DNA of 64,000 bases, from assembly GCA_032718475.1 (NCBI GenBank), contig JAUCBJ010002101.1, positions 38,257 to 102,256 of the forward strand. The letters are read 5' to 3'. The notes under the pieces were generated by a model, which was given only the letters and a program-made list of their open reading frames with translations, was not told the DNA's origin and did not search any database. This stretch comes from Nemertoderma westbladi. Its lineage: Eukaryota; Animalia; Xenacoelomorpha. Below, in pieces: positions 48,868 through 59,460 of this stretch; within the stretch, counting starts at the first letter, position 1; each line of letters opens with the position of its first letter. A program made the translations under genes and the position numbers.

Positions 48868-50864
48868 TGGTCAATAGATTTCTTGAAGATTGATCGCAAA
48901 GGCTGGTGATCAGATAGCACAATGAAATGGCGTCCGAGTAGATACTGACGAAACTTGGTGATTCCAAATACAATTGCCAAAGTCTCACGCTCAATCTGAG
49001 AGTAACGAGTCTCAGTACTGGTAAGAGAGCGACTAGCAAATGCAACTGGTTTTAAACTACTCATGACCTTAGATGCAGCTCTCTCAGTCGATTGTAGAAG
49101 CACTGCACCTAAACCCACTGGAGATGCATCACATTGTATGTAAGTCTTGTAGTTTGTATTAAACAATTTCAATACAGGAGCAGTTGTAAGCATAACTTTT
49201 ATAGTGTCAAGCGCATGTTGGCATGTATCAGTCCAGTAAAATATAGTATTGGATTTAAGAAGTTCACGGATAGGTGTGGTGATAGTGCTGAAGTGTGGCA
49301 AAAATTTTGCGAGGTATGTCGCCATGCCGAGAAATCTCTTACAATCTGTAACAGAACAAGGTGTTCGTAGAGAGGAAATTGCCTTAATCTTTTGTTGATC
49401 AGGTTTCAAACCTTCTTGGGATATAACATGACCCAAATATGCGATTTCTTTCACATTGAACTCACATTTATTTCGGTTGAGCTGTATTTGCATCTCATTG
49501 CAACGTTCTAGAACACGCTGTAATGCTAAGTCATGTTCTGCCCGGCTTCTGCCAAAGACCAGGATATCATCTTCAAGGACGAGGACGCACATTATTCCTG
49601 TTAAACTGTTGGACATTATTTCATGATAATCTTCAGGTGCATTGGCAGCACCAAAAGGCAATCGTGTGTACCGATAGGTACCAAACGGTAGTACAAAGGT
49701 GGTTAATTTACTAGCACATTCTGTTAGCTGAATTTGGTGGAATCCAGAATAAGCATCGAGCTTTGAGAATACAACACTACCTTCAATCTTTGCAAAAAGT
49801 TCCTCAGGTGTTGGCATCAGAATACGCTTCCTGATGATAGCCTTGTTTAATTCACGTAGATCTATGCAAAGACGTAAGTTACCATTCTTTTTTCGAGCAA
49901 TAACAGGAGGACTAAGCCATTCACTTGGTGTTTCATCATTTCCTACTTTAACTATAACACCTTCGACACAAAGCTTATTAACTTCTCCTTGTAATTCATC
50001 CAACAGCCCAAAGGGAATTCTACGCAGAGGTTGCTGTTTCGGCACTATGTTCTTGTCAATAAGAATATCTAAAGGTGGAACTTTCATAGGTGGAAGAAAT
50101 TCAGGTGGTTGGTTTATGGGTGATGTATTGCTTTGATGTTTCATTATACCATTAACAGTTGGTTGTTGTGAATTAACTGAATGGGTATTTGTATGAATAG
50201 TAATCAATTCCAGTGCTGAAATATCATCCTGCACTAACAAAGGGATGGGAGCATCTTGAACTACAAACACCACACTGGATATGCTTCTACCATTATAGTG
50301 AAGTACAACAGGTGCTTTACCAAGAAGGGGGAGTGGCCCTTTAACCATATACCCTAATAAACGCTCCCCATTATGAGGCATAAGTAAGCGTGGTCCAATA
50401 TATCGACTTGGTATAATGGTATGTTTAGTACCAGTATCCATAAGAAATGTTAGTGTTTGCGAAGTTTTGCGTCCTGCAAGAACAATATCCACCTTCCATT
50501 GATCTACTAATGGTACAATAGTATTAACATTGTCGTCATTAGCATTAAAATTGAATACTGAAACAATGTTAATGTCAGGATCCCTAAATCCCAAGGTTTC
50601 AGCTTCAGTACCCTCATCTTCCATATAATTTTCATCATCATACTCATTGGGGAGAGGCTCATCAACAAAACAGACTGAACCTCCAGATCTTCCAGGGTTA
50701 CTCCTGTAAGGTGTGGCCCCCATGGAGTAAGTCGATCTTTGGAAAGACTGTTTGGACTTTGGCGGACCTTTCCGACACAAAGGTGAATTACGACTATGAT
50801 GTAAAACTCCAGTCAGAACAATACCGGCCATACGCAGGACAAGAACCCTTTTTATGGGATCCAC
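48753..50864 (-). CDS. Gypsy protease-RT-RNase H
   Basis: MDTG (protease); LRLCIDLRELN, RLPFG, LEDDILV and YLGH (RT); CDASPVGLGAVL, YSQIERE and SDHQPL (RNase H). Confidence 0.92.
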   Translation of the reverse strand: MDPIKRVLVLRMAGIVLTGVLHHSRNSPLCRKGPPKSKQSFQRSTYSMGATPYRSNPGRSGGSVCFVDEPLPNEYDDENYMEDEGTEAETLGFRDPDINIVSVFNFNANDDNVNTIVPLVDQWKVDIVLAGRKTSQTLTFLMDTGTKHTIIPSRYIGPRLLMPHNGERLLGYMVKGPLPLLGKAPVVLHYNGRSISSVVFVVQDAPIPLLVQDDISALELITIHTNTHSVNSQQPTVNGIMKHQSNTSPINQPPEFLPPMKVPPLDILIDKNIVPKQQPLRRIPFGLLDELQGEVNKLCVEGVIVKVGNDETPSEWLSPPVIARKKNGNLRLCIDLRELNKAIIRKRILMPTPEELFAKIEGSVVFSKLDAYSGFHQIQLTECASKLTTFVLPFGTYRYTRLPFGAANAPEDYHEIMSNSLTGIMCVLVLEDDILVFGRSRAEHDLALQRVLERCNEMQIQLNRNKCEFNVKEIAYLGHVISQEGLKPDQQKIKAISSLRTPCSVTDCKRFLGMATYLAKFLPHFSTITTPIRELLKSNTIFYWTDTCQHALDTIKVMLTTAPVLKLFNTNYKTYIQCDASPVGLGAVLLQSTERAASKVMSSLKPVAFASRSLTSTETRYSQIERETLAIVFGITKFRQYLLGRHFIVLSDHQPLRSIFKKSIDQCPPRIGRFLTYYYHMLLMLNSFQESIISLQIPYHEHL

Positions 50865-51577
50865 AACAGAATCTGCACTGTGCCACCCCTCCAGATACTA
50901 AATTACTACTTCCAGTACTGCGAAAGTTAGATGGAGTAGATGGAAGAGAACGGCCACCTGGCCCACCTGGTCGTACAGCCAAAACATCTGAAGATGAACT
51001 CTACTGGTACTGGAAATCCTTACTGACTCACCTGTCATCTTTATTATATAGCATCCTCAAAGGCCCCAGCAAGGTTCCTTATATCTGTCAGTGTAGATGT
51101 TGGCGATTGTTGTAGAAGTTGTCGACGTAACTCGTCGTTCTGGACTCCACAGATAAATGCATCTCGAAGTTTACTTTCGGGCGTCTCTTTTTCAAGTTCA
51201 CAGAGTTTGGCAAGTTCACTTAATCCAGTAAAATAAACAGCAATTGTCTCACCATCTCGTTGGCGGCGTGACATAAACCGGTGTCGCATAACTAAAATGT
51301 TGTGTTGTGGAGCGAAATACCGCTCAAAATCTTCCAATAAATGTTCCATTGTGCGTTCACGAACATCATTATAAATAAAATTTTGCGATGCTATTTTCTG
51401 AGCCCCCTTTCCAATACATGTCATGAGCGAACCAACTTTCTTCGACTCAGATACCCCATCATCCCGGAGCTAAATCGCATTGACCCAGTACTCGAAAGAG
51501 TCCTTCCATTCTCGAAACTCGAGAGCCATGTTTTCAGCCTGGCAGTCCAGGTTTGTGGGCGCCGGATATTTAGCCAT
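50794..51577 (-). pseudogene. Gypsy gag (premature stops)
   Basis: MAKYPAP from 51577, with an in-frame TAG near 51471. F..R.QRDGETI..Y...L..LA..C and LRDAFICG (Mag-type gag). CRFCCGSH...CPAYG zinc knuckle. Confidence 0.8.
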
Positions 51578-51764
51578 TATGATTACCGATTACCAGTCCA
51601 GTAGCTTTTAACCCAAACACGAAATACCAAAGTTACACCAGATACCAGTTTAAATATTATTTTATTACAGTATTACTGTATTATTATACCAGAATGTTGG
51701 AATACCGGACAGCCAGAGGCCTACCGCAGTACCGGTACCTACCGGTACCTACACACTGCGCCAA

Positions 51765-51853
51765 TGTAGTATGCAGCCAGATATATATAATCATCAGTCT
51801 GTTAGTGCTATATCAATGCCGTCATAGCCATGGCCTAATGTATAACCACTACA
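51765..51853 (-). repeat. 5' LTR (89 bp)
   Basis: Identical to 47013-47101; followed on the minus strand by the PBS ttggcgcagtg. Confidence 0.95.
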
Positions 51854-53224
51854 CCTATCAAATACAATTCCCGTTGGCCATCAGGAAGGGAAAAGTCAAT
51901 TTGATAAAGCCTCCGTTTATGGAAAGGTGATGGAGCTATCAAGTGTAATGGCTAAGATGGGCCCTCCAACATATTTTTATACTTTTACTCTCAACATGGC
52001 TACAGAGCCTGGGGTCAAAATGATTCACAAACAATTAGACAATCTTTATGGACCTTTCATTGGGGGACATTTATGGTATACAAGGAACAAATTTTGTTCC
52101 TAGAGACTACCAGGATAGCCTATGACAATCGGTTATGATCCAAATTTTAAGATCCTGGTACAGATCTTCCAGCTATCGCCTAAATATATAGAACATAGCC
52201 ATGAACGACCAGTCGGCAAAGTAACCCAGCTCTGACCGAATTCCAGACCAAGAAAGCCAACCCTCATCATTGGCATTGCCTGATATGGACCAAGGACGAA
52301 GATGATGATACAATCCTTGACAGGATCGATGCTGATCCTGCATCATTTTTTTATGATTTCCAACAATATATCGCTGAAGGTCTTGTTGATTCTTTTGATG
52401 AATTTTCAGTCCTTCTGCGACTATATTGTAAAATTATGGTCCATGATTGTAATAAACCCGGCATGCATTGTCGAGTATAATAAACCCGGCATGCATTGTC
52501 GAGTAAAGATGGATGCTGATGGCAAAGGTGGCACGTGTAAGGTCCCTTTCTATCCACGAGCATTAGGCGCATTGTATAGGAAGGGGGAGATTCTTAATGA
52601 ATTACATTTGACCCAACCAGATCCATTTTGCGGAGATGGTTTAAATCGGATGGAACCCATTGTCCGGCTCCATGCTGGGAAATACGAATACTCATCTTCT
52701 GGGGAGGGATTTTCACCTTGTAACCCAAGACTTTGGATTGCATTCCCTTCCAGTCAAAATCTACTGCGTGCAGATTACTTCACGGCAAGTAACTACTTAT
52801 TTAAATATGCCATGGGGTTGGAAGAAAACATCAGAGGTACAAATATTTCCTGGCAAAAGTAAAAATGTCATCGATGTGGAAATAGGAAATATTGAAAATA
52901 CCAAAATTACTGGCCAGCGGATTCATACCAACAATTTAAAGAAACATGATAATAAAAAACATTCTACTTTTGGAAGATTATTGGCACTCTCAGAGTCTGC
53001 CTGGCATCTCCTTGGACTGCCTACAGTTATTCCAGGAATATAATTTATTCATCCATCTGCCGAACCGAATCTAAATCTGCCGAACAACGCTTAGGTGTAA
53101 TTAAACCTAGAGTATATGGTTATCCAAGACGGAATTTATCCGAAGATGTTTCATTGGAATGCATTAGGGTAAGACAGGAAGTGCTTTGTCTTCCTCCACA
53201 CAGACAATTTACAACCAATCAGCA

Positions 53225-54403
53225 ATTAATTTAGGTCATTGGTGCAATAATAGATAGGCTTGGCTAATTCCCTGTCCAGCTGACAAGGTGTCGAGGATTA
53301 GCGCATACTGGTCCAAGACACCGAAACACAAACATATTTTTCACAAATTAATTATTTTTGCCCTAGTCCTTCCTCTTTCACAGCGACAAAATTGTCATAT
53401 ATTTTCTTATAGAATATAGGCTTAGCTTTCGTGCAGTTTATTACCGGTATCATTTAGTGTATGGCAGTTAGGTTTTACGGTTAGGGTTGCGATACATACC
53501 TGTATGTGGAGCATATTATGTTATTTTTGTTTGTGTTTTTGTTTGTTTTGTTTGTGTCCTTTGATGGCCTTAGGGTCTGGAAAGTATTTTGGGCTTAATG
53601 TCCTGATCTTATATATTTTTTTGTAGTTTAAGGGGTGTAAGACTCTTATGTTTACTTTTAAGTTAATATATACACATAAAAACCATGTTAGTCAGTATGT
53701 CGGTACATTCAATTATCACATGGGGTAAAGAGCAGAACTCCGACATCACTGCATATTGTCACATCTTATATAATTTTTGTACTGTGTGTTTGCTCTAGCA
53801 ATCTACCAGTTTTCCATTGGTAACATGTTTACTTAACATAGGCCTATAGGGTTACAATGTTATGAGGTCTGACGTCTGTTTGGGCGAGGTGGTAACTGAG
53901 TTGATGGTGCGATTAATTTAGGTCATTGGTGCAATAATAGATAGGCTTGGCTAATTCCCTGTCCAGCTGATGAGGTGTCGAGGATTAGCGCATACTGGTC
54001 CAAGACACCGAAATGCAAACATATTTTTCACAAATTAATTATTTTCGCCCTAGTCCTTCCTCTATCACGGCGACAAAATTGTCATATATTTTCTTATATA
54101 ATATAGGCTTAGCTTTCGTGCAGTTTATTACCGGTATCATTTAGTGTATGGCAGTTAGCTTTTAGGGTTAGGGTTGCGATACATACCTGTATGTGGAGCA
54201 TATTATGGTATTTTTGTTTGTGTTTTTGTTTGTTTTGTTTGTGTCCTTTGATGGCCTTAGGGTCTGGAAAGTATTATGGGCTTAATGTCCTGATTTTATA
54301 TATTTTTTTGTAGTTTAAGGGGTGTAAGACTCTTGTTTACTTTTAAGTTAATATATACACCAAAAAACCCTGTTAGTCAGTATGTCGGTACATTCAATTA
54401 TCA
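53225..54403 (+). mobile_element. Retrozyme-like non-coding insertion: two ~492-bp direct repeats (687-bp period) with ~80-bp target duplication
   Basis: 53225-53718 is repeated at 53912-54403 around a ~193-bp unique spacer. Host sequence 53151-53231 is duplicated at 54401-54481. Each repeat carries a hammerhead core. Confidence 0.7.
53928..54017 (+). ncRNA. Putative hammerhead ribozyme (type III-like topology, partly decayed)
   Basis: CTGATGA at 53967-53973, stem II ggtgtc/gacacc, GAAA at 54010-54013. Stem I gatagg/cctgtc. Loop I gctaat is complementary to loop II attagc. The first-repeat copy (53280) has CTGACAA. Stem III and the cleavage triplet are imperfect. Confidence 0.6.
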
Positions 54404-55246
54404 TTGGAATGCGTTAGGGTAAGGCAGGAAATGCTTTGTCTTCCTCCACACAGACAATTTACAACCAATCAGTAATTAATTGCAATGGATAGGGTAAATA
54501 GTACAACCAGCATTGATTTAATGACAGTATTCAGCCTCAGACCACTGCTGTTACTCTTCATAGACCTACCTAGCGACTATCTTACTTGGTTCCAGAGAAC
54601 ATCTGCTTACCAACCAAAAAATGCTCCATCAATACATGAACGACTACTGCACATAGACGTCAGTCAGTAAATCGCATTGGGTCGATGCCGATGATCGTAT
54701 TGTAAAAATTAGGCCTTGTGCAGTCGAGAGAGCAAAATGTTACGCCGAGAACTTACTCACTGAAAATGAATACTACAATTTAGCAATCGCAGAATTTATA
54801 CAAATTTTAAATAATATTAACACACCCGAATCTTCGAAAATATTTTTTATCGAAATTGCCACTTTCCAAACAAAATTCCAATACCTGTTTGCTTTAATGT
54901 CACACCAAAAAACGCCGCAACATTTCTAACTCATTGCATTCTAAGCATGGGGCACTTTGAAACAGAGCTGGATGTTTTTGGGGTTGGGTCAATGCGAATG
55001 GCATTTATTTGTGCTGGATTATTGCCAGATTCTGACAATTTCACTTTGGATCATGAACATAATTCTCTGTTAGAACAAAATTATGTGGCTTTGAACATAA
55101 TGTTCTGTTTTGGTTTTATATTTGACGTGTGGTGATGTTTTATTATTTTTTTTTGTCGGTATTGCATTGTGTCCATTATCAGGGAATTATTTTATTTATA
55201 TTTGAATAATATTTGTGTGTTATTATAAATATTATATTTTTTGCAG

Positions 55247-55523
55247 AGACATTGTCACAGGCTCCTTATTCTGCGTTTTTAATAAAGGACATAACGAGAC
55301 CCTTAAGTTCTTCGATCAGAGTGTGGGGGTAGGCGATTTGGTTCGTCTAATAGAACCAGCGTACCGTGGAGAATTGTTTGGCGGGACTCCCATTGTTGTG
55401 ATAGAAGAGGCACCGATAAAAATCAATGTATTATGTGTACCGCGGAAACACATAGCCATGAAGACAGTCACGGACACAATGGAGCCGTTTACGATTGTAA
55501 TGAATGAGTTACAACTTCAAGGA
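55247..55523 (+). CDS. Isolated open exon, beta-rich (OB-fold-like), probable transposon accessory gene
   Basis: ttttgcAG acceptor and GTaagt donor around RDIVTGSLFCVF...VGVGDLVRLIEP...GGTPIVV. The fold assignment is inference only. Confidence 0.4.
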
Positions 55524-55785
55524 GTAAGTTTAGACAATTTTCTTACACTTTAAGTCTTGCTGTATAAATTAATGATTACTAATGTATCTTTTTAGTATTT
55601 TAGTATGCAACCGATTCATAGCTAAAAAAAGTTTTAATAATGATCTAGGCAATAGGTTATTTTGAGGCCCCCAGATAAAATTTGGTAATTAAAAATTAGA
55701 CACAAAATTAAAAATGTAATTAATAATGACATATGAAATAATTACCTGGGAATCATCATTATCTGCCACCCTATATATATAACCC

Positions 55786-55879
55786 ACCGATATCTGCCAG
55801 GAAATCTGGCTTTGTGAGCTACCCTCTTTTAACAAAGATATTTTACATAAATATCTGGCATATTTTTTATGAATACGAT
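55786..55879 (+). repeat. ~95-bp dispersed repeat with hairpin (second copy at 58476-58569)
   Basis: accg.tatctgccaggaaatctggctttgtgagctaccctctttt...atgaatacgat; hairpin gccag-gaaat-ctggc. Confidence 0.8.
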
Positions 55880-55906
55880 AACTAACTAACTAAGTACAAA
55901 AATATC

Positions 55907-56250
55907 ATGAAAGATCTTGATATTGGAAAGTTAGTGAAGCTTCTAAATGAAGGCTATTATCCTGGTGTCATATATGGTCTTGGCTGTACTCAGTATTTGG
56001 AAGATTGTAAATTTCTAGGGTTTAACCACTACCTTGCAAATAAATTTCCAATTCCTAAGGTATTTAAGGCTAAACCTGAGCATGTACGTACAGTCTTTTC
56101 GATTAGACTGGCCTTATTCATTATAAGGAGCTTGACGAGGAGGCTATAAGTGGCGTTGTGGTTGAACCCATCAAAGGGTTGGGTATCTTAATATGCAAGA
56201 AGCATAAATCCACAAATAAGGATTTATTTCATTACCAAATAATCCTGTAT
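55907..56250 (+). pseudogene. N-terminal Cys-rich block of the Helitron-like polyprotein (paralog of ~37700-37990)
   Basis: GCTQYLE...FNHYL...DW...EPIKGLGILICKKH parallels GCHEFLN...HHFL...EWP...PNHGLCVAMCEDH. Confidence 0.45.
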
Positions 56251-56448
56251 CGCCTGATAATCCCATAATCGATCAAGATATATTATCATTGGCAACCATA
56301 TCTCAACATATAGTGCGTACAGCACGGAAGGGAAAGTAAAAGAATTAAAAACTCCATTTCATCAATAAATATGCATTTAAAATTCGTAAAGAGTAAATAT
56401 TTATTATCTCAAACGCAATATTTATAATTAATTGTTTAAGTTCTGCAG

Positions 56449-58337
56449 GAAGCTATTAACCCTAAGGAGGACGTACATATGTCAGTTGCAGCGGAGTTAT
56501 TTACTACCATTGTTGAATCTGACCTGCCCCATAGATCGTATACAGTGTCCGGCCGCCAAGCTTCTAAACCTCAGATTGTAAGTGTATCTATATTATATAT
56601 AAACTTAAAAGTATATATTATTTATTTAATTTGTTAAAAATCATTTCTTAAATTGCTCCGTGGTTATTTACAATCTTACCAAATGTATTACATACTATTA
56701 TGTACTGCGACATCAAATTATATTTTTACAAGAATTCCACACTATAATAATATTTATTTATATGATATTGATTATCGGTATTTTATTGAGATCTTTTCTT
56801 GAATTGGTGGTCTATTCCCACTTCACTACCGCGTTTATTCTGTATAGATGAAGAATGTAACTTTATTATTTTTATTAATATATTAACCTACAGTTTAGTT
56901 CAGCTGCATTTATTATTTTTATTAATATATTAACCTACAGTTTAGTTCAGCTGCATTTAGTGTATAATATTATACGATATAATTTAACTGGTATAATTAA
57001 TTATTTAATTTTTATTTCCACAGGGAACGTCGTCCCATAAGGGGAAGAAATCATCAGCTCTGCAAGACGCAACTGATATCAGAGGTGACGCTATGTCTGA
57101 ATGTTCAGATGTAGGTTGTATCGGGTCTGTCGGTAGTCTCGGTTCTGTTCGCAGTATCGGTACTGCCGGTAGTGTCAGTTCTGTACGCAGTATCGGGTCT
57201 AACGATTCAACCCGTAGGAGGAACGCCGCTCAACAGTCCGGCTGTCTGTCTTCCCATCCAGAAATTGTACATTTACTCAATACATTATACAGAAACCTAG
57301 TTGAATTACTCACTATTGTAGTTTGGTATTAATAATATTATATGTATTTAATTAATGGTAACTAACAATTGTACAAATGAAATTTTAAAATATTTATGTA
57401 ACTAACAGTTAATTATATAATCAACATAAATTATAATTTTTATTTCAGTTCACTAAACCAACTAAACGTAAGGGACGCAAAACGTGTTCCTATTGCCAAG
57501 GAAGTTGCGGGAAGAGGTCACATCAGAAAAGTACCTGCATCATGAGACTCTACCACGAGAGTAAAGATATATGGGTAGGAAACATGGATGCGGGTGTTCA
57601 TCTTGAAGTCGTACAGGATGCTGAGGTGGATGAAATGGCAGCAGAGAGTACTGCTGGCATGGACGCGGCAGTTCTTACGGAATTCTTACAGGATGTCGAG
57701 ATGTTTGATATCGAGGCCACCGAGAGTGGCGCTGTCCAGACCGGCCTCCTATCTGATCCAGAACCGATGGTTAGTTAACTTAAATATATCCTAAGCTATA
57801 TTTACAAAATTACCCATAATATTGTCTAAATTTCGGCGCACACGTACTGCAACCTATTTGCTGCTGGGTTTCTTTATACAATAGATTTATATTATTTCTC
57901 TTATTTAAATTATTTTCCTTTATACTAATGTTTAGGTTCTGGATGAGGCTAGTGAGGTAAATAACGACATTGATATGGTCCCGGCATCAGATGTGCCCTG
58001 TACTCCCGTTTTTGAGTTCGGCCACGGAGTTTCTACTCCGTCATTGGTAAATTTATATGATTTATATTTATATCTGGTCTATTACTTTGTTGGTATTCCT
58101 TAGTCTAACTTACTATAAAAGTGCATTATTACGTCGTCAGTCTAACTCACTACTATTTACCATCCTGACAACCCTATTAGTTAATGGACTTACCACTTAC
58201 AGGATGATATTGGGGACTCTATGTCCGAAGTTTCCTATCACGGTAGCATCGGATCTACTGGGTCAATCCGTCCTAGTCATGGGCCTATACAGTCCTGCCA
58301 TTCGTCTGTTCGGCCTCAGATTGTTAGTTTACTTTGA
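56449..58337 (+). CDS. Five-exon open gene segment (~312 aa; Ser/Gly- and acid-rich, one C2HC knuckle), start not found
   Basis: Exons 56449-56577, 57024-57266, 57449-57769, 57936-58046 and 58203-58337. All have AG/GT boundaries, lengths divisible by 3 and no internal stops. CSYC...H...C in exon 3; aataaa just after the TGA. Confidence 0.65.
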
Positions 58338-58639
58338 GTTAAATAAATGCTGATATAAAGTTAGGTAGATAAAAATAAAGTAATTTTTGCTTTTTATAAT
58401 TGTATTATTTTACCCCCCCCCCCCCCCCCCCAACACTGCCGAGTATGTACAACACCCCCCCCCCCCCCCCCCCCCACCGTTATCTGCCAGGAAATCTGGC
58501 TTTGTGAGCTACCCTCTTTAATAACAAAGATATTTTACATTAAAGTGGCATATTTTTTATGAATACGATGAATTTTACTCGGAATAACTCTCCAACCAGC
58601 GTCTAAAGAGGAGACACCCTTAATAGGATTTGTTGCATT

Positions 58640-59460
58640 ACTGATGGGCTTTATGCTTTATGGCTTATTCCATTTGGTATATGTTTTTGGTAGCTTTGAG
58701 ACAGAGTTAGATCTTCTATCTGTCCAAGATATTCGGACTTCATTCCTCAGAGCAACCCTTACATCTAATGATAACAATGTTCCTGCAGAGGAGGTCAATG
58801 ACTTACTTAAATCATATGTCATGAAGAAGGACCTAACTTTTCAATCAATTGGAAATATCAATTCCAGCATTACCTCCATCTAGCTGTTGCTGGTATTAGA
58901 CAATTCTTCGCTGGTAATGGTTTGCTTTATAAGGCAATACCTCTCTTTTATGAGGACAGTATTTGGGATCAGGCCACGGAACAAGTGCAAAACATAGAGG
59001 ATATGAGACGTAGAAATTGGGTTGATGCTCTATATGAGAGAGATGGATTGGTATTACCCAATGAGGAGGATGTATTACCATAGGATCGTCAATTAATAAA
59101 AGCCACCCAAGAATTCCCCCTTAATTGGAAGCCTCTATTGAAATCTATTCAAGGACAACCGCAGGAATCCATTAATGAGCAACGAAATATGTTGCAGGTA
59201 CTGGTAAATGCAATAGATAAATATCAGCATCCTTCGACAACATTTGTTCATTCTCCATGGTTAGTAGGAGCACCAGGTATTGGCAAGACAACAGTAATGT
59301 TGGAGGCTATGGCTTATAGCCTTGCATGTGGCCTGAATGTTATGCTCACAGCAATTACAAGTGAGAGGGCCAGAGTATTAGGTGGTGAACATCTTCACTT
59401 ACCATTTGGCGTGCATCATGGAAAAATAACCTCCACTGGATTAGCCACTTTTCCCAGGTG
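58640..59460 (+). pseudogene. Helitron-like helicase remnant C (Pif1/SF1 Walker A)
   Basis: FGSFETELDLL (motif shared with remnants A and B), then LVGAPGIGKTT...TAITSERARVLGGEHLH (Walker A and motifs Ia/Ib). Confidence 0.75.

Larger units (their letters stand above)
47013..51853 (-). mobile_element. Ty3/Gypsy LTR retrotransposon (Mag-like), full length, ORFs disrupted
   Basis: Identical 89-bp TG..CA LTRs (47013-47101, 51765-51853). TSD CCTAT at 47008-47012 and 51854-51858. PBS tggcgcag just inside the 5' LTR; PPT ggggaagagagtag at 47102-47115. Domain order gag-PR-RT-RH-IN. Confidence 0.95.
46637..55060 (+). pseudogene. Divergent Helitron-like HUH Rep remnant B, split by the Gypsy and the retrozyme-like insertions
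   Basis: Removing the Gypsy and one TSD joins VLNRGWEEVVGL in frame to SNTIPVG...MGPPTYFYTFTLN (motif I). EFQTKKANPHHWHCLIW at ~52238 (HUH motif II). YLFKYAMGLEE at ~52793 (motif III tyrosines). Later RQFTTNQ..FSLRP and SMGHFETELDVF. Confidence 0.75.

Noticed and set aside
49555-49590. LEDD instead of YxDD read as an inactivating RT mutation
   Set aside because: Non-tyrosine first residues are common in Mag-type Gypsy RTs, so this is not evidence of damage or novelty.
54160-54180. Telomeric TTAGGG repeats
   Set aside because: Only two units, and one is mutated in the other repeat copy.
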